DNA from: a virus
Strand: one strand, 5' to 3'
DNA: 64,000 bases
IMG/VR virus record: IMGVR_UViG_647000328_000003
Span: 8,078 to 72,077 of that record
The first letter of the stretch is position 1; the number at the start of each line of letters is the position of its first letter. Position numbers and translations under genes: made by a program. Of this stretch, positions 44,761 to 55,738 are shown in pieces. Below the pieces are notes generated by a model. It saw only the letters and a list, made by a program, of their open reading frames with translations. It did no database searches and had not been told where the DNA came from.

Positions 44761-45192
44761 ATGGCCGAGCTGCTGGTCCTCCCTGACGGCAAGAAGGTCG
44801 CCATCGACCTTCTCGACCTTGATATACCCGACGCCTATGTGGCGTCGAAGCTCCCTGAGGGCAAGGCGCTCAACGCCGCGCTCCCGGCGGTCAGGGTCCT
44901 GCGCCTCGGCGGCACCAGCACCATGCGCGGCTGGTCCGACCCCGCCACTACCGACCGGCCCCGGCTCTCGATCGACTGCTACGCCGCCGACGAGGGCGCG
45001 GCCATGCGCCTCGCCCTCCGGGTCTGCGCCCTGTGGGAGCTGTTCCCCGGCCGGTCCACGGAGGACGGCATCGTCAGCGCCATCTCGCAGGAGACCGGCC
45101 CGCAAGACCGACCCGAAGAGGCCAACACCGGCATAGCCCGTGTCGGCATGATCCTGGGGATGAGCGTCCGCCCACCCCTCCCGAACAGCTAG
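44761..45192 (+). CDS. Tail terminator protein
   Basis: VRVLRLGG..DRPRLSIDCYA; position before the major tail gene. Confidence 0.8.
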   Translation: MAELLVLPDGKKVAIDLLDLDIPDAYVASKLPEGKALNAALPAVRVLRLGGTSTMRGWSDPATTDRPRLSIDCYAADEGAAMRLALRVCALWELFPGRSTEDGIVSAISQETGPQDRPEEANTGIARVGMILGMSVRPPLPNS

Positions 45193-45202
45193 GAGGCCCG
45201 TC

Positions 45203-45793
45203 GTGGGCGACTCGGCAAACATCATCGTCGGTACTGCGGGCAAGGCCTACGCCGCCGTCATCGGCACCACCTTCCCCACCGGGCCGGAGGTTGTCTGGCC
45301 CGCCGGCTTCACCGACATGGGGTTCATCACCCCCGACGGTCTCGAAGAGGCCATGGCTGAGGAGCGCACCCAGCTCGACGCCTGGGGCGAAGACGCACCC
45401 GTCGTCGACCTCGCGAAGAAGCGCACCCAGACGTTCAAGCTGATCTTCCGCGAGACCACCGCCCAGCTGCTGTCCCTGTACTACCAGGTGCAGATGTCGA
45501 ACATGACCAGCACCGCGGCGGCGGTCGGCCCGCCAGCGACGAAGCAGTTCCTCAGCTTCGGTTCCGGCAGCACCCAGGACACGGTGGAGATCGCCCTCGG
45601 GCTGGACGTCATCTACGGCGGCAAGCGCCACCGCATCATGATCGCCCGCTGTGGTGTGTCCGACCGTGGCGCCCGCAAGCACTCGGCGGACGACAGCTCG
45701 AACTACGAGCTCACGTTCACCGCCCTGTCCGCCCCGGGTGGCGCCCAGTCCGTCCAGCACATGATCACCGACGTGGCGCTCCCTGAGGACTGA
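45203..45793 (+). CDS. Major tail (tube) protein
   Basis: DMGFITPDGL..LDAWG..TFKLIFRET..YELTFTAL. Confidence 0.88.
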   Translation: MGDSANIIVGTAGKAYAAVIGTTFPTGPEVVWPAGFTDMGFITPDGLEEAMAEERTQLDAWGEDAPVVDLAKKRTQTFKLIFRETTAQLLSLYYQVQMSNMTSTAAAVGPPATKQFLSFGSGSTQDTVEIALGLDVIYGGKRHRIMIARCGVSDRGARKHSADDSSNYELTFTALSAPGGAQSVQHMITDVALPED

Positions 45794-45895
45794 CCCCTGA
45801 CTGGTGGTCCGTCGCGCTCAATCCCTGGGCGGGGGCGGCACGACGGGCCACCTGCAAGCCCCCGCCTGCCCCTGCCCGAGTAAGGAATCCACACC

Positions 45896-46309
45896 ATGTC
45901 CAAGCCCAACCGCAAGGTCATCCGCCTCCAGCAGATGCGCGCCCAGCGCGCCTCCGCCGCCAAGCTCCAGTTCCTCGACGTCATCTTCGAGAACACCGAC
46001 GGGGTTGAAGAGACCTGCACGTTCCCCGTGCAGGACAACTGGCCGCTGGAGGTCATCGAGGAGGTCGAGGAGAAGGGCGGCAACGCCAACCTCAATGTCC
46101 TCCGCGAGATCGCCCGGCCGAAGGAGGCCTTCGACCGGCTGGTCTCCGTCGCCAAGCTCACCGTCGGCGAGCTGAAGGACATCCTCGACGAGATGGGCGA
46201 GGAGGCGGGCACCACCCAGGGGGAAGGCTCTGGCTCCTCCAGCTCCTCCGAGAGCACCCCGGAGCCGTCCGCGCCGACCTTCAGCGGTACTACCCCGGCC
46301 GCCGCCTAG
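45896..46309 (+). CDS. Tail assembly chaperone (gpG-like)
   Basis: Between tail tube and tape measure; contains GGGGGAA slippery site. Confidence 0.85.
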   Translation: MSKPNRKVIRLQQMRAQRASAAKLQFLDVIFENTDGVEETCTFPVQDNWPLEVIEEVEEKGGNANLNVLREIARPKEAFDRLVSVAKLTVGELKDILDEMGEEAGTTQGEGSGSSSSSESTPEPSAPTFSGTTPAAA

Positions 46310-46716
46310 AGGAATTCTGGGCCATGTCTTGGGGCGAGGGGTCTATGAACTGGGCCGAACTCCGCGACCTGGTCGAGCACCTCCCGGAGGACTCCGCGAC
46401 GAAGGCGGCTACCGCCGGGGACCTGGAAGGCCGCCGCTGGACGCAGAACACCTACCTGCAAGCCGCCCAGTACAACGCCCTCCTCCTCATGATCCGCGTC
46501 CTGTGGGCCGCCCACCTCAAGGGCGAACCGCCGGACATGCCACCGGTCGAATCCCCGGCCACCGAGATCGACGAGCGGCAAGCCGAACTCGAAGCCGCCG
46601 GAACGGCATACAGCGAGGCAGTCCTCAACCAGTTCTCACCCGGCACCACCCAGACCGATCAAGCGGAAATCGACCACTGGGCCAGCAAGCTCCGCGAACT
46701 CGAAACCGCACGGTAG
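45896..46716 (+). CDS. Tail assembly chaperone long form (gpGT-like) via -1 frameshift at GGGGGAA 46219-46225
   Basis: The -1 frame is open from the slip site (GRLWLLQLLREHPGAVRADLQRYY...) into ORF 46324-46716. Confidence 0.85.
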
Positions 46717-46730
46717 GAGGGGAGGGCAGC

Positions 46731-49700
46731 ATGGCAGAGCCGACACTCGCCGGATCCACCCGGGTCAGCATCATCCCGGACACGACCCAGTTCGGCGACC
46801 GGCTCCGCATCGAGCTGCCCTCCGCGATCCGCCAGCCCGCCAAGCTCGCCGGCGAAGTCGCCGGGGACCAGATCCTCGACGGGATCCGGCGGAAGCTCGC
46901 CGCAGCTACACCCGCCGTGAGGATCGGCGTTGACCTCATCACCACGGTCGCCGACGCCAAGCTCGACGAGCTCACCAAGGCGCGCACGGTCAGGCTCACA
47001 GCTGAGCTTGACGACAAGGCCGCCACGACCGCCCTGACTCGCCTTTCCCGTGACCGCACCGTGAAGGTGCGAGCCGAACTTGACGACACCGCAGCCCGCA
47101 CCGGTCTCGGCAGGCTGACGGAGCAGCGGACCGTCAAGGTCACCGCCCAGCTCGACGACACGGCGGCGAAGACGGCTCTCGGGAAGTTGACCGCCGACCG
47201 CACCGTAAAGATCACCGCGCAGGTCGACGACACCGCCGCCAAAGCGAAGCTCGCCGGGTTCGGGCAGACCACCGTCGACATCGTCGCCAAGATCAACGAT
47301 GCGGCGTACAAGCGCGTCGAGAAGGCCCTCGACAAGCTCACCGCCGACCGCTTCGTTCAGATCCGGGCCACCCTCGACACTCGGGTCGCCGCCAACGAAC
47401 TCCGCGGTCTCACTCAGCGGCAGCGGGTTCGCCTCGGTGTCGACGTCGACACCCGGGTCGCCGCGAACGACCTGGCAAACCTCACCCGCCGCCGCACAGC
47501 CCGGGTCACCGCCCGGGCCGACACGGCCGGGGCCGCCACCGCCCTCACCACGCTCACCCGCGACCGGGTCACCAACGTCCGCGTTCGCACCGTCGGGCTG
47601 TCCGCGCTCACTGGCTCTCTGGCGTCCCTGGGGTCCGCCAGCGGCAGCGGCGGTGGACTCAGTCGGCTCTCCGGTGGCATCGGGTCACTGGCCACCGCAG
47701 CAGTTCTTGCCCTGCCTCAGGTCGCCTCCCTCGGCTCAGCAGTTGCTCAGCTCGGGCCGCTCGCCGCCGTAGCCGCCCCCGGGGTCCTCACCCTGGCCAC
47801 CGCGTTTGGTGCGATCAAGCTCGGCACCTCCGGCGTCAGTGACGCCATCAAGGCCGCGTTCACCCCCGCCCCGGCCGAAGCCAAGGCCGCGGTCACCGCT
47901 ACCCGGCAGGTCGAGACCGCCCAGCGGTCCCTCGCCAACGCGCAGCGCGGTGTCGCCGACGCCGAACGCAACCTGTCCCAAGCCCAGCGCACCGCACGGC
48001 AGGCCCAGCAGGAACTGTCCGCCGCCCGCCGGCAGGCCACCCGGGACCTTGAGGACATGAATCAGCGCCTCCGCCAAGGCGCCCTGGACCAGAAGCAGGC
48101 CGCGCTCGATATCGAGCAGGCCGAACTTGACCTCGCGAAAACTCGCAGCGACCCGACCGCCACCCAGCTTCAGATTCAGCAGGCCAACCTTGCGCTGGAG
48201 CGTGCGCGGGCGGCAGCCGAGGAGCAGTCCCGGCAGCAGAAGCGCCTCCAGGTCGACACCGCCGCTGCGAACAAGGCCGGGGTGTCGGGCAGCGACGCCG
48301 TCGTACAGGCGCAGGAACGCATCCGGAACGCGAACGAGCAGGTCGCCGAACAGCAGCGTGGCCTCGCCGACGCACACCGGGTGGTTGCCGACGCCACCCG
48401 GGCCGTTGCGGACGCCCAGCAGAACGCCACCACCCAGACCACGAAGCTCGACGACGCCATCACCAAGCTGTCGCCGAACGCCCGCGGCTTCGTGAGCACC
48501 CTCCAGGCCATGGCACCCGCGTGGCGGGCCATGAAGCTCGACGTGCAGGACGCCCTGTTCGCCGGGATCGGCACCCGCCTCCAGGCTGTCGGTAGCCGCA
48601 TCCTGCCCACCGTCCGGGCCGGATTCGTCGGCGCCGCGGGCGAGCTCAGCGACATGGCGAAGAACGCCCTCGCCGCCGTCGACAACCTGGAGCGCACTGG
48701 CCAGCTCAAGGGCACGTTCGACGTCATCCGCAGCGGCCTTGGGAACCTCGTGCAGGTCCCGGGCCAAATCGTCACCGGCCTGTCCCAGCTCACCGTCGCA
48801 GCCGGTCCCGCTTGGGAGCGCATCACCAGCGGTGCGGGCGACGCCATGGACCGGGTCATGGCCAAGCTGGCCGAGGGACTGGAGAACGGCCGGCTCGAAG
48901 AGGCGATCAACACCGCCCTCGATATCGCGGTCCAGTTCGGCGGGGTGCTGGCGGACCTCGGCGGCATTATCAAGAACGTCTTCGGGGCCGCCGCTGACGG
49001 GGGCGGCGACTTCTTCGCCATCATCGGGGCTGCCTTGGCGGAGATCCGCCGGGTTACCGCCCTGCCCGAGGTGCAGGCTTCACTGAAGGCGATCTTCTCC
49101 GCTGTTCAGGCCGTTGCAGGGCTTCTCGCCGGGGCACTCGGTGACGCCATCCAGGCAGTGCTGCCAGTCCTTGCGGCCCTGGCCCCGTCGGTGACGCAGA
49201 TTGCGAAGCTCCTCGGCCCCGCCATCAGCGACTTGTTCGCGACGCTGGGGGAGGCGCTCCTCCCTGTCGCCGAGGCCCTTGGCCCGGTTCTGGTGGTGGC
49301 CGCCCAAGCGATCATCGCCCTAGTCAAGGCCGTGTCGCCACTCCTCCCAGTTCTCGGCCAGCTGATCGCGGACCTGCTGCCTCTGGTCATTCCGATCTTC
49401 GACACGCTGATCGTGGTCTTCAACCAGCTGGCCCCGGTCATCGCCCAGATCGCCGGAATGCTGGGCCCGGTCCTCAGCCCCATCATCGAGGGTCTCTCCG
49501 CCGTAATCGCACAGCTGGCGCAGCAGTACGCGGCGGCGTTCATGCGGGTGTTGCAGCAGCTGTTGCCGATCATCCCGATGCTGGTGCCGCCGCTCATGCA
49601 GCTCGGCAAGTCGATCGGGGACATCCTCCTCGCCCTGGCCCCGCTGCTGCCCCAGCTGGCACTGCTGGGCACCGAGTTCCTGATCCAACTGCTGCCCGCG

Positions 49701-52592
49701 ATCATGCCGCTGCTGCCGCCCCTGATCCAGCTCTCGATGCTGATGACGCAGCTCGCCACGGCGATCATTCTCAAGGTCGTCATCCCGGCGATGCGGATGT
49801 TCATCAAGTCGATAACGGACCTCCGCAAGGACATCCAGCCCGGTGTCGACGCGGTGAAGTGGCTCACCAACGCCATCGCCCGCGCCTTCGAGTGGCTGTA
49901 CGACTTCCTGTTGGGCCACTCCGTCATCCCCGACATCGTCAACGGGGCCATCCGCTGGTTCACCAGCCTCCGTGACGGTGCAATCCGCATTTTCAACTGG
50001 ATCCGCGACAAGGTGTCCGACGCCTGGTCCGGGCTGTGGACCGGCATCAAATCCACAGCCACGGACGCGTGGGGCAGTGTCCGCCGCGGCTTCGACAACT
50101 TCGCTGAGAAGCTGTCCGGCGCTTTCGAGACCCTGAAGAAGGGCCTCGGGAAAATCTGGGCCGGGCTCAAGGACCTGGTCAAGGCCCCGATCAAGTTCTG
50201 GATCGACGTCGTCTACAACAAGGGCATCGTCGCGGTCTGGAACAAAACCGCGGCGAAGATTCCCGGGGTTCCCGACCTCAAGCCCATGGGCATGCCGAAG
50301 GGCTTCGCCCGCGGAGGGATCCTCCCCGGCTCCAGCAGCTGGCGGCAGGGCGACGACCAGCTCGTCCCCATGCGCCGCGGCGAGGGCGTCTACGTCTCCG
50401 AGGCGATGCGCGACCCCTACGAGCGAGCACGCCTGCATGCTGTCAATCAGGCGGCGATGCGCGGCCAGTCACTGCGCGCTTTCCGTGGCTTCGCCGAGGG
50501 CGGCATCTTCGACGGCATCACCAACGCCGTCGGCAGCGTCCTCTCCAAGGGCGCCGACGTGGCCCGCGGTGGACTCGCCGACCTGGCCGAGTCCGCGTTC
50601 TCCCCGGTCAAGAAGGGCATCACGAAGGCCCTCGGGAAGAACAAGAGCACCTGGCCCGGCATGATCGGCCAGGCCCCGATTGGGCTCATCAACAAGGCCA
50701 TCGACTACATCCGCGGCAAGGACATCGTCGAGGGCACCGGGGACTGGCTGAAGCCCGTGTCCGCCCCCTACGGCACCCCGTTCGGGAAGGCCGGGCTGAT
50801 GTGGTTGTCCGGCCGGCACACCGGTCTGGACTTCCCGGCGAAGACCGGCACACCGATCCGGGCGGTCGACTCCGGCATCGTCCGGCAGGCCGTCGACTCG
50901 GGGCCCTACGGCAAGCACATCGAGATCAACCACGGCTCCGGCCTGTCATCCCTGTACGCCCACATGTCCGCGATGCTCGCGAAGGCGTCGGACACGGTGA
51001 AGCGCGGCCAGCAGATCGGCCGCGTCGGGGCCACCGGCAACACCACCGGCCCCCACCTCCACCTCGAAGCCCGCCTCAACGGCAAGACCGTCGACCCCAT
51101 GCGCTACCTCGAAGGCGGCACAGGCGGGGATGCGGGCGCCGGCGTCGAGAGGTTCCGCGGTGTCGTCACCCAGGCTCTCGGCCAGGTCGGCCAGTCCCTG
51201 TCCTTGGTGAACACGACGCTGCGCCGCATGAACCAGGAGTCCGGAGGCAACCCGCGGGCGGTCAACCGCAACGACATCAACTGGATCAACGGCACCCCGT
51301 CCGTCGGCCTGATGCAGGTCATCAAGCCGACGTTCAGCGCCTACGCAGGCAAGTACAAGAAGACCGGCCCGTTCCTCTACGGGGTCAGCGTCGACCCGAT
51401 GGCGAACATCTACGCCTCCATGCGGTACGCCCTCAGCCGGTACGGGTCGCTGTCGGCGGCGTACAACCGGATCGGCGGATACGCGACGGGCGGCATCGTC
51501 GGCGGCGGCGTACAGATCAGCACAGGCTTCCGCCGCGGCTCCGGGTACGCCACCGGCGGGATCATCCGGGTCGGCGGGAAGAACATCGACACAGGGCCCA
51601 TCCAGGCATCTGTCGGTGCGAACTTTCTCAAGGCCCTTGCCGGGACGGCGTCCGCAATCGACAAGGCCATGACGACCGTGGCCACCGCGGTGAAGAACGC
51701 GTTCAAGGGCGTGAAGACCACCCTCGACGACCGGCTCATCAAGAACCTCAACACCCAGAACAAGACCCTCCAAAAGCTCGCCGGGCAGCGCGACGCACTC
51801 ACCGCGAAGATCGCCCAGGCCAACGCGTTCGCCACCGAAACGACCACCGCAGCCAGCGGCTTCGCCGCCCTCACCAGCCTGCCCAGCAGCGGACTCCCGT
51901 TCGGCGCGGACGGCATCCTCAACGGCCTGCAAGTCCGCCTCGGCCAGCTCCAGGCGTTCTCCGCGAACCTCACCACCCTGGGGAAGCGCGGCCTGTCGAA
52001 AGACCTCATCGGGCAGATCATCGCCGCAGGACCCGACCAAGGCGCCCCCTACGCCGCAGCCCTCGTAAAGGCCACTGACGCCCAGCTGAAGTCCATCAAC
52101 GCCACCCAAGTGCAGATCGGGAAGGCCGCCACCGCCTACGGGCAGAACGCCGCCGACGTCATGTACGACGCCGGCGCCATGTCCGGGAGGGGCTACCTGG
52201 CAGGGCTGAAGGCGCAGGAAGCGTCGATCGTGAAGGCGATGGCCGACCTGGCGAAGAAGATCCAGAAGACCATCAAGGTCGAACTGAAGATCAAGTCACC
52301 GTCGCAGGTGCTGCGGGCCCTCGGCCGGTTCACCGGGCTCGGCTACGCGGGCGGCGTCCGCGACACCATCCCGCAGGCCGCCGCCGCAGCCGCCTCCATG
52401 GCCCGCACCGTCCGGTCCACTGCCGCGGCCACCATGGCCCGCACCGAAGCCAGCACCGTCAACAACACCAGCGGCGACCGGGTCCTGAACTACAACGCCC
52501 GCGTCACCGAGGTCGCCTCCCGCCGCAGCATTCTCGACGCCATGGCGCAGGAAGACATGCTCCACCGCCCCGTCATGAGCGGAGCCAACTGA
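46731..52592 (+). CDS. Tape measure protein with M23 peptidase and lytic transglycosylase domains
   Basis: About 1950 aa Ala-rich helical; HTGLDFPAKTGTPIRAVDSG...TGPHLHLE (M23); MNQESGGNP...SVGLMQVI (SLT). Confidence 0.95.
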   Translation: MAEPTLAGSTRVSIIPDTTQFGDRLRIELPSAIRQPAKLAGEVAGDQILDGIRRKLAAATPAVRIGVDLITTVADAKLDELTKARTVRLTAELDDKAATTALTRLSRDRTVKVRAELDDTAARTGLGRLTEQRTVKVTAQLDDTAAKTALGKLTADRTVKITAQVDDTAAKAKLAGFGQTTVDIVAKINDAAYKRVEKALDKLTADRFVQIRATLDTRVAANELRGLTQRQRVRLGVDVDTRVAANDLANLTRRRTARVTARADTAGAATALTTLTRDRVTNVRVRTVGLSALTGSLASLGSASGSGGGLSRLSGGIGSLATAAVLALPQVASLGSAVAQLGPLAAVAAPGVLTLATAFGAIKLGTSGVSDAIKAAFTPAPAEAKAAVTATRQVETAQRSLANAQRGVADAERNLSQAQRTARQAQQELSAARRQATRDLEDMNQRLRQGALDQKQAALDIEQAELDLAKTRSDPTATQLQIQQANLALERARAAAEEQSRQQKRLQVDTAAANKAGVSGSDAVVQAQERIRNANEQVAEQQRGLADAHRVVADATRAVADAQQNATTQTTKLDDAITKLSPNARGFVSTLQAMAPAWRAMKLDVQDALFAGIGTRLQAVGSRILPTVRAGFVGAAGELSDMAKNALAAVDNLERTGQLKGTFDVIRSGLGNLVQVPGQIVTGLSQLTVAAGPAWERITSGAGDAMDRVMAKLAEGLENGRLEEAINTALDIAVQFGGVLADLGGIIKNVFGAAADGGGDFFAIIGAALAEIRRVTALPEVQASLKAIFSAVQAVAGLLAGALGDAIQAVLPVLAALAPSVTQIAKLLGPAISDLFATLGEALLPVAEALGPVLVVAAQAIIALVKAVSPLLPVLGQLIADLLPLVIPIFDTLIVVFNQLAPVIAQIAGMLGPVLSPIIEGLSAVIAQLAQQYAAAFMRVLQQLLPIIPMLVPPLMQLGKSIGDILLALAPLLPQLALLGTEFLIQLLPAIMPLLPPLIQLSMLMTQLATAIILKVVIPAMRMFIKSITDLRKDIQPGVDAVKWLTNAIARAFEWLYDFLLGHSVIPDIVNGAIRWFTSLRDGAIRIFNWIRDKVSDAWSGLWTGIKSTATDAWGSVRRGFDNFAEKLSGAFETLKKGLGKIWAGLKDLVKAPIKFWIDVVYNKGIVAVWNKTAAKIPGVPDLKPMGMPKGFARGGILPGSSSWRQGDDQLVPMRRGEGVYVSEAMRDPYERARLHAVNQAAMRGQSLRAFRGFAEGGIFDGITNAVGSVLSKGADVARGGLADLAESAFSPVKKGITKALGKNKSTWPGMIGQAPIGLINKAIDYIRGKDIVEGTGDWLKPVSAPYGTPFGKAGLMWLSGRHTGLDFPAKTGTPIRAVDSGIVRQAVDSGPYGKHIEINHGSGLSSLYAHMSAMLAKASDTVKRGQQIGRVGATGNTTGPHLHLEARLNGKTVDPMRYLEGGTGGDAGAGVERFRGVVTQALGQVGQSLSLVNTTLRRMNQESGGNPRAVNRNDINWINGTPSVGLMQVIKPTFSAYAGKYKKTGPFLYGVSVDPMANIYASMRYALSRYGSLSAAYNRIGGYATGGIVGGGVQISTGFRRGSGYATGGIIRVGGKNIDTGPIQASVGANFLKALAGTASAIDKAMTTVATAVKNAFKGVKTTLDDRLIKNLNTQNKTLQKLAGQRDALTAKIAQANAFATETTTAASGFAALTSLPSSGLPFGADGILNGLQVRLGQLQAFSANLTTLGKRGLSKDLIGQIIAAGPDQGAPYAAALVKATDAQLKSINATQVQIGKAATAYGQNAADVMYDAGAMSGRGYLAGLKAQEASIVKAMADLAKKIQKTIKVELKIKSPSQVLRALGRFTGLGYAGGVRDTIPQAAAAAASMARTVRSTAAATMARTEASTVNNTSGDRVLNYNARVTEVASRRSILDAMAQEDMLHRPVMSGAN

Positions 52593-53527
52593 TGCCGATC
52601 CTCGTAGCCTCATCCCCGGTAGAGCCCCAGCCGCCGTGGGAGTGGCCGCAGCGCCTCATCGAAACGCCCCTGGTGTCCTTCACCGACCCCGCAGGCGCCA
52701 CGACGCTCCTCACGGACTGGGAACGCGGCTGGCTGGTGCAGCCCGGCATCAAGGGCCTGGACATGCCCGCCTACGCCATGGCCACCGACGAATCCCCAGG
52801 CATCGACGGCTACGAGGTGCGGCAGGTCCGCGCCCAGGGCAAGACCATCAGCATCCCGATCGCTTTCTGGGCCAACGACTCACGGGCCGCCTATCTGGCC
52901 CGCAGGCGCACTTTCATCCGGGCGCTCAATCCGAAGCGAGGCCAGGGAACCCTGACCCTCACCCAGCCGGACGGTGACGTCCGCAGCATCGGGGTCCGCT
53001 ACCAGGACGGCATGGAAGGCGACGAGTCCCTCGACGCGGCGGGCCGCCGCTGGTGCATCGGCGTGGTCACGTTCGCAGCCCCGTCCCCGTACTGGACTGG
53101 GGGAGAGGTCACCACCGAGTGGATGAACGGCACGGGCGGCGACTTCTTCCCGTTCCTGCCGCTGACGGTCGGCGACTCGCAGGTGCTGGGGTCGGTCACC
53201 GTGGACAACGACGGCGACGACGATGCCTTCCCCGTGTGGACCATCAAAGGCCCGGCCACGTCAGTCACTCTCACGAACGTGACCACTGGGCAGACCCTCG
53301 TCCTCACCCGCACCATCACCGGCGCCGACACGATCGTCATCGACACCCGGGAACGCCGCCAGACCGCGCTCCTGAACGGCACGACCAACCTGTGGCCGAA
53401 CCTCTCCACCGCCTCAGCCCTGTGGCCCCTTGGGACCGGCATCAACCAGCTCACCCTCACCGTGGCCGGCTCCACGTCGGCCACCTCTGTCCGCATGACG
53501 TATCAGCCCCGCTACCTGGCCGCCTGA
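52592..53527 (+). CDS. Distal tail (Dit)-like protein
   Basis: TGATG coupling; FAAPSPYW; VDNDGDDDAFPVWTIKGP. Confidence 0.85.
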   Translation: MPILVASSPVEPQPPWEWPQRLIETPLVSFTDPAGATTLLTDWERGWLVQPGIKGLDMPAYAMATDESPGIDGYEVRQVRAQGKTISIPIAFWANDSRAAYLARRRTFIRALNPKRGQGTLTLTQPDGDVRSIGVRYQDGMEGDESLDAAGRRWCIGVVTFAAPSPYWTGGEVTTEWMNGTGGDFFPFLPLTVGDSQVLGSVTVDNDGDDDAFPVWTIKGPATSVTLTNVTTGQTLVLTRTITGADTIVIDTRERRQTALLNGTTNLWPNLSTASALWPLGTGINQLTLTVAGSTSATSVRMTYQPRYLAA

Positions 53528-53540
53528 GAGGAGGACCACC

Positions 53541-54713
53541 GTGCCCAGCAACGCACTTCGCGTCTACGTCCGCAACCCAGCCCTGGAGCGCATCGGGCAG
53601 GTAGACGACTACACCAGCCTCACCGTCATCCCCCGCTTCAACGCCATCGGTTCCTTCGTCCTGGAGATCTCCGCCGACTCCGGGAAAGCGAACCTGCTGG
53701 CCGAGGGCAACGGGCTGATCATCCGCACCGCGGACGGCACCCTGGTCGATTCCGGGCCGATCCGCACCGTCGACTGGTCCCGCTCCAAGGACGACTCCGG
53801 GGCCGGGAAGCTCACCGTCGGCGGGGTGTCCGACACGGAGGTGCTGGCCCGCTACACCTGCTGGCCGGCCCCCGGCAGCGCCGTCGGGTCTCAGGCAGAC
53901 ACGGTGTACAAGATCAGCGCCGTGGTGGCTGAGGCGGCCATGCGAACCCTCGTCAACCTCAACGCGGGGCCCGGCGCGTTGGCCGCCCGCAAGAACGTGC
54001 TCCTCACGCTCGCAACTGACGGGGGCCGTGGGCCTGCGGTCACCCGGCAGCTCAATCAGTTCGATGGCCTACTCGCCGTCCTCACCGACATCGCGAACGC
54101 CGCCGGGCTCGGGTTCCGGGTTGTTCAGGTCGGGTCCGGGCTCCAGTTCCAGGTGTACGAACCCACCGACCGGTCCGGCACCGCCCGGTTCGCGTTCGAC
54201 CTCGGGAACCTCACCGACGCCAACTACACCACCACCCCGCCCACCTGCACCCGGGCTGTCGTTGTCGCCGGCGGCCAGTCCTCGCCCCGCCAGTGCAAGA
54301 CCTACGACCGAGCCGACCCACTGTTCCCCGACCTGGTCATCGAGCAGTTCGTCGACCTGACCTCGGTGGACACAGCCTCCGTCGACCTGGTGGCGCAGAT
54401 GGACCAGGCCGCCGAGGAGGCCCTCACCGCAGGCGCCGGGCAGGGCTCGCTGGCAATCAGCCCGATCGATATCCCGCTGCTCCAGTACGGGCGGGACTAC
54501 CAAGTCGGCGACACCGTGTCCGCGAAGGTCCGCGAATCGTGGATGACCGACGTGGTCCGCGAAGTCACCCTCACCTGCACCGCCGGTGAGGGCACCAGCG
54601 TCAAGGCCGCAGTCGGGTCCAGCGACGGCGACGGCACCGTGGCCCGCATCTACCAATACCTCGCCCGACTCAAGCGGGACTTGGGCAGAGTCAAGACCAG
54701 GAAGGCGGCCTGA
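53541..54713 (+). CDS. Minor tail/hub protein (ReqiPepy6 gp37-like)
   Basis: LRVYVRNPALERIGQV..PRFNAIGSF..YGRDYQVGDTV. Confidence 0.85.
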   Translation: MPSNALRVYVRNPALERIGQVDDYTSLTVIPRFNAIGSFVLEISADSGKANLLAEGNGLIIRTADGTLVDSGPIRTVDWSRSKDDSGAGKLTVGGVSDTEVLARYTCWPAPGSAVGSQADTVYKISAVVAEAAMRTLVNLNAGPGALAARKNVLLTLATDGGRGPAVTRQLNQFDGLLAVLTDIANAAGLGFRVVQVGSGLQFQVYEPTDRSGTARFAFDLGNLTDANYTTTPPTCTRAVVVAGGQSSPRQCKTYDRADPLFPDLVIEQFVDLTSVDTASVDLVAQMDQAAEEALTAGAGQGSLAISPIDIPLLQYGRDYQVGDTVSAKVRESWMTDVVREVTLTCTAGEGTSVKAAVGSSDGDGTVARIYQYLARLKRDLGRVKTRKAA

Positions 54714-54714
54714 G

Positions 54715-55719
54715 ATGGCTGAGTTCAGCGCGCCGTTCGACGGCTCCCCGATCGCGACACAGTCCCAGTGGTCCCGCATGGCACGGCGATGGGGCCTCGA
54801 CGGGGTGCACGCCTCCGACCCTGCCAGCACAGCACTGAAGATCACCGGGAACGGCACCGGGAACGTGACCCTCCAGCCCGGGGAGGCGTTCGTCAACGGG
54901 TTCTACTACCTCAACGACACCGTGAAGAACATCGCGGTCACAGCCAACGCCGGATCCACCACGCGCGTAGACACCGTGATCCTCCGCGCCTCCATGAGCG
55001 CCAAGTCGGTCATCGCCGTCTACAAAACCGGGGGCAGCACCGCACCGACCCTCACCTCGGACGAGAACGGCATCTACGAAATCCCGCTCGCCCAGTGCAC
55101 CGTAGCCGCCGGATCCTCCGTCGTCACCGCCGTCAACGTCCTCGACCGCCGCTGGTTCACCGACCGCGGTGTCATGCCCAGCATCCCAGGGGCACGCCGG
55201 CCCAGCATCCGCGGGCAGCTCCTCGTCGAGGGCACCACCCTGTACGTCGGCGACGGGGCCACCTGGCTGTGGCTCGGGTCCGCGGGCCAGGACGACACCA
55301 CCTACACCCCGGCGTGGACCGCAGGGTCCACCACCATCAGCTGGGGTGCCGGGTCGCAGAACGTCGGCCGTTTCCAGGTGCGTGGGAAGCGCGTCGACGT
55401 GACGATCCAGCTGGCAGCAACGGGAAACCCGGGGAACATCAACTCGCCGCTGATGGTGACGCTCCCGCCCGGGTACCCGGCGACGCCCGCCATGCGGTCG
55501 ATCTTCACCTGGACGTACACGTCAACGAACTCCCAAGGGTCCGGCCTCGGCTCCGGGATCGTCTTCCCGGACCAGTCGGCCACGAAGATCGGCGCCCTGC
55601 GCTACGCCCTGCCTAACGGGTCCGCGTCGTCCACCACCCACACGATCACCAACGGCATCCCGTGGGACATCCAGGACGGCTCCATCCTCACCATCGACGG
55701 CTCCTACTGGCTCGCCTGA
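54715..55719 (+). CDS. Minor tail protein
   Basis: GEAFVNGFYY..RVDTVIL..YEIPLAQ baseplate-type N-terminus. Confidence 0.85.
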   Translation: MAEFSAPFDGSPIATQSQWSRMARRWGLDGVHASDPASTALKITGNGTGNVTLQPGEAFVNGFYYLNDTVKNIAVTANAGSTTRVDTVILRASMSAKSVIAVYKTGGSTAPTLTSDENGIYEIPLAQCTVAAGSSVVTAVNVLDRRWFTDRGVMPSIPGARRPSIRGQLLVEGTTLYVGDGATWLWLGSAGQDDTTYTPAWTAGSTTISWGAGSQNVGRFQVRGKRVDVTIQLAATGNPGNINSPLMVTLPPGYPATPAMRSIFTWTYTSTNSQGSGLGSGIVFPDQSATKIGALRYALPNGSASSTTHTITNGIPWDIQDGSILTIDGSYWLA

Positions 55720-55738
55720 CCCCCGAAAGGACACCACC

